Of a stretch of 64,000 nt of DNA, positions 57,817-64,000 are shown in pieces; within the stretch, counting starts at the first letter, position 1; each line of letters starts with the position of its first letter. Under the pieces are notes generated by a model. That model did no database searches. It worked only from the letters and a program-made list of their open reading frames with translations, and was not told the origin of the DNA. A program made the position numbers and the translations under genes. The stretch is from the NCBI GenBank assembly GCA_963786935.1, contig CAWBAN010000005.1, positions 1 to 64,000 of the forward strand, written 5' to 3'. This stretch comes from an uncultured bacterium (lineage in GTDB: Bacteria; Krumholzibacteriota; Krumholzibacteriia; Krumholzibacteriales; Krumholzibacteriaceae).

Positions 57817-59471
57817 TCAGGCCAGCATCGCCTTCAGATCCGCTTCGGCAGTCGTGACGGGCTTCAGGCCGAACTGATCGGCGAGAATGGCGAGCACGGG
57901 GGGCGTCACGAAGGCCGGCAGGCTCGGGCCGATCCTGATGTTCTTCATCCCGAGATAGAGAAGCGTCAGCAGCATGGCGACCGCCTTCTGCTCGTACCAC
58001 GAGAGGACGAGGGAGAGCGGCAGCTCGTTCACGCCGACGCCGAACGCCTTCGAGAGCGCGAGCGCGATCTGCACGGCGGAGTACGCATCGTTGCACTGCC
58101 CGATGTCGAGGAGACGCGGAATGCCGCCGATGTCGCCGAACTCGAGCTTGTTGAAACGGTACTTGCCGCAGGCGAGCGTGAGGATCACGCAGTCGTCGGG
58201 CACGGCCTGCGCGAGGTCGGTGTAGTAGTTCCGCCCCGGCTTGGCGCCGTCGCAGCCGCCGATGAGGAAGAAGCGGCGGATCTTCTTCGCCTTGACCGCG
58301 TCGATCACCGCGCCGGCGACGCCCATGACGGCGTTTCTGCCGAAACCGACGGTGATCGTCTTTTCGGGTCCGTCCGCCGCGAATCCGGGCGCGGCGAGCG
58401 CGGCCTCGATGACCGGCGCGAAATCGCGCTTCCCGTCGATGTGCCGCACGCCCGGCCACGCAACGAGGCCGCTCGTGAAGATGCGGCCCATGTATTTCTC
58501 GCGCGGCTTCTGGATGCAGTTCGTCGTCATGAGGACGGCGCCGGGGAACGCGTCGAACTCCTTCTGCTGGTCCTGCCACGCGCCGCCGTAGTTGCCGGCG
58601 AGGTGCTTGTACTTCTTGAGGCCCGGGTAGCCGTGGGCGGGGAGCATCTCGCCGTGCGTGTAGACGTTGATCCCCTTCCCCTCGGTCTGCTTGAGGAGCT
58701 CCTCGAGATCCTTGAGATCGTGCCCGGAGACGACGATCGCCTTCCCCTTCACCGGCGTCACGCGGACCTTCGTGGGCTCGGGTGCCCGTACGTCCCCGTG
58801 TTCGCCGCGTCGAGCAGCTCCATCGCCTTGAGGTTGATCTCGCCGGTCTTCATCGCCCAGCCGAGCAGCTCCTCCGCCGTGGGCTTGCCCTTCGCGAGCG
58901 CAGTCGAGCACCTCGTGGAAGGAGGCGTACAGCGCCGCGTCCTCCGTGCCGAGGATCTGCGCATGGTCGGCGTACGCGGCGGCTCCCTTGAGCCCGTACG
59001 TGACGAGCTCCTGGAGGCCGGTGACGTCGGCGCCGAGGGCGGTGTTCCGCTCGAGGATCGAGATGCCGAGACCCTGCTTGACGAGGCCGTCGACGTCGCC
59101 GGCCGGCTTGAGCGCCGCGGGACCGCCGAGCGTCTCCGGCTGTCGCGCCGGCCTTCGCGCAGGCGCCTTCATAGAGCTTCCGCGCCGCGTCGCGGACCGC
59201 GGCGGCCCGGTGAATGATCGCCGTGAGGCTCTCCGGATCGAAATTGACGTTCGTCACGGTCGTGAAGAGCGCCTCGATCGACGAACACGTCGACGTCGCG
59301 GTCGCGCGCGCCGAGCCGGGCGGCCCGGTGGGCGTACATCGAGATGCCTTTCGCCTGGTACAGGAGGAGGTCCTGCAGGGCGGCGGTGATCGGGTCCTTG
59401 CCGCAGACGCCGGTCTTGACGCAGCCCGTTCCCTTCGTCGTTTGCTCGCACTGGTAGCAGAACATGCTCAT
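57817..59471 (-). CDS. hcp: Hybrid cluster protein (hydroxylamine/NO reductase), with apparent frameshifts near 58785, 58900, 59140 and 59275
   Basis: [11 protein letters not shown]...[65 protein letters not shown]. Confidence 0.92.
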
Positions 59472-59532
59472 CGAATGCTCCTTTCACATGGGTTTCGTTG
59501 ATGAATCTATGAAAATCCCGTTCAGTCCGTCG

Positions 59533-60732
59533 TCACGGCGCGACCGGCTTCTTCGTCGCCTCGGCGATCTCGCGGCCGAACGCGCGGCACACGTCGAGCT
59601 CCTCGGGGCGAGGCTGCCATTTGAACCTGATGCCGTCGCGGATGATCCCGATCCCGGAGGCCGCGAGGTGCTCCTCGATCTGCTTGACCGCCTCGCCGCT
59701 CCATCCGTACGATCCGAACGCCGCGCCGATCTTGTTCTTGAACTTGAGCCCCTTGATGTCGGTCATGACCGGCATGATCGTCGGCAGCACGCCGTTGTTG
59801 ATCGTCGACGAGCCGACGAGGACCGTCCGCGCCTTGAAGACATCGGTCAGGACGTCGTTCCGGTCGGAGACGGCGAGATTGAGGATCTTGTAGTCGACTC
59901 CCGCCTCGGCGAGGCCCTCGCCGATCGCCTCGGCCATCTGCCGCGTGCCGTTCCACATCGTGTCGTAGAGGATGACCGCGCTCTGCGCCGGTTTCTGCGC
60001 GGCCCATTCCTGATATTTCTTGACGATCTGGAGCGGATCCTTCCGCCAGATGATGCCGTGGCTCGGCGCGATCATGTCGACGGGGAGCTTGAGCGCGATG
60101 TATTCGTCGATCTTCTTGATGACCCGGTCGCTGAACGGCGTGAGGATGTTCGCGTAGTACTTGAGCGCCTCCTCGTAGAGCTCTTCCTGATTCACCTCGT
60201 CGTTGAAATGGAACGCCGTCGCGTAGTGGTGCCCGAACGCGTCGTTCGACATGAGGATGTTGTGCCCGGTGAGATAGGTGAACATGCTGTCCGGCCAGTG
60301 GAGCATCGGCGCCTCGACGAAGACGAGATCGTTCGCGCCGATGTTGATCCGGTCCCCCGTGCTCACTTTCCGCATCTTCCAGTTCTCGTGGTAATGCCCC
60401 GGGATGCTCGTCGCGCCCTGTTTCGACACGATCAACTCGGCGTTCGGCGCGTGCCGCATGACGAGCGGCAGCCCTCCCGAATGATCGGTCTCCGCGTGGT
60501 TGGCGACGACGATGTCGATCTTCGCCGGATCGACGAGCTCGCGGATGTTGGCCATGAGCTCCTCGGCGAACGGTCCCCAGACCGTGTCGACGAGAACGGT
60601 CTTGGTGTCCTTGATGAGATAGGCGTTGTACGACGAGCCGCGATGAGTGCTGAGCTCATGCCCGTGGAATCTGCGCAATTCCCAATCGACGACGCCGACC
60701 CAGTAGACGCCTTCTTTCAGCTTGACGATCAT
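59533..60732 (-). CDS. fprA: Flavodiiron protein (FprA/NorV-type A flavoprotein)
   Basis: GSSYNAYLI, NHAETDHSG, HWPDSM, SNDAFG.H, PSHG, Y.TMWNGT, FGSYGWSGE. Confidence 0.95.
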   Translation of the reverse strand: MIVKLKEGVYWVGVVDWELRRFHGHELSTHRGSSYNAYLIKDTKTVLVDTVWGPFAEELMANIRELVDPAKIDIVVANHAETDHSGGLPLVMRHAPNAELIVSKQGATSIPGHYHENWKMRKVSTGDRINIGANDLVFVEAPMLHWPDSMFTYLTGHNILMSNDAFGHHYATAFHFNDEVNQEELYEEALKYYANILTPFSDRVIKKIDEYIALKLPVDMIAPSHGIIWRKDPLQIVKKYQEWAAQKPAQSAVILYDTMWNGTRQMAEAIGEGLAEAGVDYKILNLAVSDRNDVLTDVFKARTVLVGSSTINNGVLPTIMPVMTDIKGLKFKNKIGAAFGSYGWSGEAVKQIEEHLAASGIGIIRDGIRFKWQPRPEELDVCRAFGREIAEATKKPVAP

Positions 60733-60797
60733 CGATCCCACCTCCCGCGAAATCCGTTTTCTATGTGCCCCGCTTCGCGGGGCCGCGCGAGCGTTTT

Positions 60798-61220
60798 CTA
60801 GGCTCCGGAACGAAAATCCCTCGAGAGCTCCGCGAGCGTCGTGCCGTCGAGACATTTCTGCACCGCGTCGTTCGTCTTGTGAATGATCGCGCCGAGCGCG
60901 CATCTGTTCCCCTTGCAGACGGGGAGCGCGAGCAGGCAGCGTCCGGGGGTGAGCGGCCCCTCGATGGCCTCGTAGATCTCGAGGAGCTTCATCTTCTCCC
61001 AGCCCGGGCGAAGCTTGAATCCGCCCGTCGGGCCGCGCATCGAAAGAACGATCCCGCTGTGGGCGAGCCGTTGGAGAACCTTCGAGAGATGATTCTCGGA
61101 GGCCCCGAGCGCCCGCGCGATTTCCTTGCTCGACACGAGCCCTTCCGTGTGCTGCCCGAGATAGGCGGCCGTGTGAAAGGCGAGCGAAGACGCTTCGGAT
61201 ATTTTCGTAAAACTCGACAT
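60798..61220 (-). CDS. Rrf2-family transcriptional regulator with three Cys (possible Fe-S sensor)
   Basis: SENHLSKVLQRL..SGIV.S.RGPTGGF.L, LLEIYEAIEG, CLL...C...RC. Confidence 0.92.
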   Translation of the reverse strand: MSSFTKISEASSLAFHTAAYLGQHTEGLVSSKEIARALGASENHLSKVLQRLAHSGIVLSMRGPTGGFKLRPGWEKMKLLEIYEAIEGPLTPGRCLLALPVCKGNRCALGAIIHKTNDAVQKCLDGTTLAELSRDFRSGA

Positions 61221-61335
61221 GGCGAACCTCATTCCTTACAATCAGGTACTAAAATGCCATAATTGCGTCGCGCTGTCAAGATTGTTTTTTCCCGATGCCC
61301 GTTTTTTTCCGGGCGTCCGGCCGTCGCTGCCCCTG

Positions 61336-61344
61336 TGCTATACT
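61336..61344 (+). promoter_or_regulatory. Extended -10 promoter for dinB
   Basis: TGcTATACT about 22 nt upstream of the ATG; GGAGG RBS. Confidence 0.45.
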
Positions 61345-61365
61345 GCTTCTCGGGAGGAACGCCGC

Positions 61366-62598
61366 ATGGGGAAGCAGGATACGACGCCCGGGCGCGCCGC
61401 GGGCTCCGACGATTCGTGGGCCGGGCGCCGCGTCATCGCGCACATCGACATGGACGCCTTCTTCGCCTCGGTCGAGGCGCACGACGATCCCTCGCTCAAG
61501 GGGAAGCCGGTCATCGTCGGCGGCGATATGAAGCGCGGGGTGGCGAGCGCGGCGAGCTACGAGGCGCGGGTCTTCGGCGTCCACTCGGCGATGCCGCTCT
61601 TCCAGGCGCGCCGCCTCTGCCCGAACGGCGTGTTTCTCCCGGTCCGCATGGAGCGCTACGTCGAGGTCTCCCGCGTCGTGATGAGATGCCTCGGGGAGTT
61701 CTCGCCGCTCGTCGAGCAGGTGTCGGTCGACGAGGCGTTCGTCGATCTGACCGGCACCGGGCATCTCTTCGGCGATCCCGAGCGGGCGGCTCGGTCGATG
61801 AAGGCCCGGATCTCCGAACGGACCTCGCTCACGTGCTCGATAGGCGTATCGGTCTCGAAGCTCGTCGCCAAGATCGCTTCCGACATGAACAAGCCCGACG
61901 GCCTCACGATCGTGCCCCCCGCGGAGGTCGCTCGCTTTCTCGCGGCGCTCCCCGTGAAAAAGGTCCCCGGCATCGGCGAGAAGGGCGCGGAGGAGCTCGC
62001 CGCGCTCGGCATCGCGCGCGTCGGCGACATCGCGAAATATCCGCCGGCGCGGCTCGAGGAGCGCTTCGGAAAGTTCGGCGCGTGGCTCCTCGAGATCGCG
62101 GGAGGCGCCGAGGGAGCGCCGGTCGAGCCGTGCACGGCGCCGAAGTCGGTCAGCGCCGAGGAAACCCTCGACGAGGACACGTCCGACGAGACGATCATCA
62201 GGAAAGTTCTGCTCGGCCAGGCCGACCGCGTCGGGCGCCGGCTCCGCGAGGAGGGATTCCGCGGCCGGACGGTGACGCTGAAGCTCAAGCATCACGATTT
62301 CCGGCAGATCACGCGAAGCTCGACGCTCGCCGAGCCGACCCAGCTCGGCGAAACGATATATCATGAGGCGCTCGAGCTCCTCTCCGTGTATAATCTGCGC
62401 TCGAAGGTGAGGCTCGTCGGCCTCGGCGTCTCGAATCTCGAGCCGTTGGACGCGCCGGGCGCGCCCGAGCAGCTGTCCCTTTTCGGCCCCCCGAAGGGAG
62501 CCGAGGGGAAATGGGCGAAGGTCGAGCGGGCCGCCGACGAGATCGAGCGGCGGTTCGGCCGCGGCGCGGTGAAGCGGGGGAGCCTCCTCGAGGAATGA
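61366..62598 (+). CDS. dinB: DNA polymerase IV (Y family)
   Basis: HIDMDAFFASVE, SYEAR.FGV.SAM, SVDEAF.D, AKIASD.NKPDG, VRLVGLGVS. Confidence 0.97.
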   Translation: MGKQDTTPGRAAGSDDSWAGRRVIAHIDMDAFFASVEAHDDPSLKGKPVIVGGDMKRGVASAASYEARVFGVHSAMPLFQARRLCPNGVFLPVRMERYVEVSRVVMRCLGEFSPLVEQVSVDEAFVDLTGTGHLFGDPERAARSMKARISERTSLTCSIGVSVSKLVAKIASDMNKPDGLTIVPPAEVARFLAALPVKKVPGIGEKGAEELAALGIARVGDIAKYPPARLEERFGKFGAWLLEIAGGAEGAPVEPCTAPKSVSAEETLDEDTSDETIIRKVLLGQADRVGRRLREEGFRGRTVTLKLKHHDFRQITRSSTLAEPTQLGETIYHEALELLSVYNLRSKVRLVGLGVSNLEPLDAPGAPEQLSLFGPPKGAEGKWAKVERAADEIERRFGRGAVKRGSLLEE

Positions 62599-62617
62599 CC
62601 CGGGAGCATCGGGAATC

Positions 62618-63643
62618 ATGATCGACGTCATCAGGGAAACGGTCGTCATCACGGGATTCGTGTTCGTGATGATGCTCGTCATCGAATATGTGAACGTCCT
62701 GACGAGTGGCGCCTGGCAGAGCGTGCTCGCGCGGAACCGCTGGACCCAGTACGCGCTCGCCGCCGCGCTCGGCCTCATCCCGGGCTGTCTCGGCAATTTC
62801 GCCGTCGTCGCGATGTATTCTCACCGCATTTTGAGCCTCGGAGCGGTCGTCGCGGCGATGATCGCGACGAGCGGCGACGAGGAGTTCGTCATGATCGCCC
62901 TCGTCCCGAAGCAGGCGATGCTCGTGTTCGGCATCTGCTTCGCGCTCGGCGTGCTCTCGGGGGCCGCCGTCGATGCGGTCGCCAGGCGGCGCCGCGGCTC
63001 CGAAACGTTCTGCTGCGACGGGCTCGAGGTGCACGCGCGCATCGAGGGAGCCCTGTTCGATCGCGCGATGATCGTCCGGCAGTGGCGGGACTGCACCGCG
63101 GCGCGGGGCGTCCTCGCTGTGTCGCTCGTGCTCCTCATCGCGGGGGTCGTTTTCGGCCAGGTCGAACCCGAGGGATGGAACTCGGTGCGCGTCATGCTCC
63201 TCATTTCCTCGGCGATCGCGTTTTTCATCGTAGCGACGGTGTCGGACCATTTTCTCGACGAGCATCTCTGGCGCCACGTCGCGAAGCGCCATCTGCCGAG
63301 CATCTTTCTCTGGACGCTCGGCGCGCTCGTCGCCATGTATCTTCTCCTCGACCGCGCGCAGTTCGACGCCGCCGGCGCCGTCGCGCGCGGCAAGTGGATC
63401 GTGCTCGCCGCCGCGTGCCTCATCGGGCTCATCCCCGAGTCGGGCCCGCATCTCGTTTTCGTGACGCTCTTCGCGCGCGGGGCGATTCCGTTCAGCATAC
63501 TGCTCGCGAGCTCGATCGTGCAGGACGGCCACGGCATGCTTCCGATGCTCGCGCAGTCGCGCCGGACGTTCGTCACGGTGAAAGTGATCAACTTCGTCGT
63601 CGGCCTCGCCGCGGGCGCCGCGGCGCTCGCGCTCGGGTACTGA
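62618..63643 (+). CDS. Putative manganese/metal transporter (DUF2899-like membrane protein)
   Basis: LGLIPGCLG, A.MIATSGDE.FV, GLIPESGPH, SIVQDGHGMLP. Confidence 0.7.
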   Translation: MIDVIRETVVITGFVFVMMLVIEYVNVLTSGAWQSVLARNRWTQYALAAALGLIPGCLGNFAVVAMYSHRILSLGAVVAAMIATSGDEEFVMIALVPKQAMLVFGICFALGVLSGAAVDAVARRRRGSETFCCDGLEVHARIEGALFDRAMIVRQWRDCTAARGVLAVSLVLLIAGVVFGQVEPEGWNSVRVMLLISSAIAFFIVATVSDHFLDEHLWRHVAKRHLPSIFLWTLGALVAMYLLLDRAQFDAAGAVARGKWIVLAAACLIGLIPESGPHLVFVTLFARGAIPFSILLASSIVQDGHGMLPMLAQSRRTFVTVKVINFVVGLAAGAAALALGY

Positions 63644-64000
63644 TGGATTACGACCGCATCATAACGCACGGCGATTTCGACGGCGTCGTTTCGGGGGCCG
63701 TGTGCTCCTTCGCGCTCGGCGTCGATTCGTTCGTTTTCACGGGCCCGGGCGCGATCACGCGCGCCGAAATATCGATCGGGCCCCGGGACGTCGTGTGCGA
63801 CCTTCCGTACCCGCTCGAGTGCGGGCTCTGGTTCGACCACCATCCGGGGAATCTCGAGGCGCTCGCGCTCAGGCGCATCGATCCCGCGACGATCCCCGGC
63901 CGCCTCGACGGAACGAAGCGCTCGGCCGCGCGCGTCGTCTTCGAATATTTCACGGAGCGGGTCGGGGAGCTCCCGGCCCGGTTCGCGGAGACGGTCGCCG
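63643..64000 (+). CDS. DHH-family phosphoesterase, 5' part (runs off window end)
   Basis: Translated by eye from ATG 63643 (TGATG overlap): MDYDRIITHGDFDGVVS...VVCDLPYP...WFDHH...SAARVV; not in the ORF track because it has no stop in the window. Confidence 0.8.
   Translation, partial: MDYDRIITHGDFDGVVSGAVCSFALGVDSFVFTGPGAITRAEISIGPRDVVCDLPYPLECGLWFDHHPGNLEALALRRIDPATIPGRLDGTKRSAARVVFEYFTERVGELPARFAETVA

Noticed and set aside
57817..59471. hcp, tamB and the MFS gene as true pseudogenes or recoded (selenocysteine/programmed frameshift) genes
   Set aside because: Conserved motifs are intact, breaks are scattered single-base indels without slippery sites, and I saw no in-frame TGA at a Cys position

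Overview
High-GC, diderm, probably anaerobic bacterial chromosome segment. FlgD-Ig/T9SS-like C-terminal domains and kinase-TPR proteins suggest an FCB-related lineage such as Krumholzibacteriota/Latescibacterota (inference only). Order of content: end of a tamA-tamB operon; a ~26 kb sulfatase/outer-membrane region (4.3-30 kb); mixed housekeeping and accessory genes; three tRNAs (Lys-CTT, His-GTG, Arg-TCT); ssb and a peroxiredoxin; secreted proteins and lipoproteins; an rrf2-fprA-hcp nitrosative-stress operon; and dinB, a putative metal transporter and a partial DHH gene. The sulfatase region holds three arylsulfatases, an anaerobic sulfatase maturase, a HAD hydrolase, several beta-barrel proteins, two atypical Omp85 proteins, an orphan FixJ-type regulator and a large phospholipase-D-like protein with a barrel-like N-terminus. 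Main observations: (1) a GACCAAGGTC palindrome occurs three times at nearly the same distance from a -10 box, defining a candidate regulon across the sulfatase region; (2) the barrel-PLD protein; (3) a 1.7 kb islet bounded by a duplicated tRNA-Lys 3' end; (4) a secreted protein with a DUF62-like C-terminal domain, coupled to a Tat-exported aldo-keto reductase. Several genes carry clustered 1-bp frameshifts that look like long-read errors. I saw no CRISPR array, rRNA, integrase or transposase.
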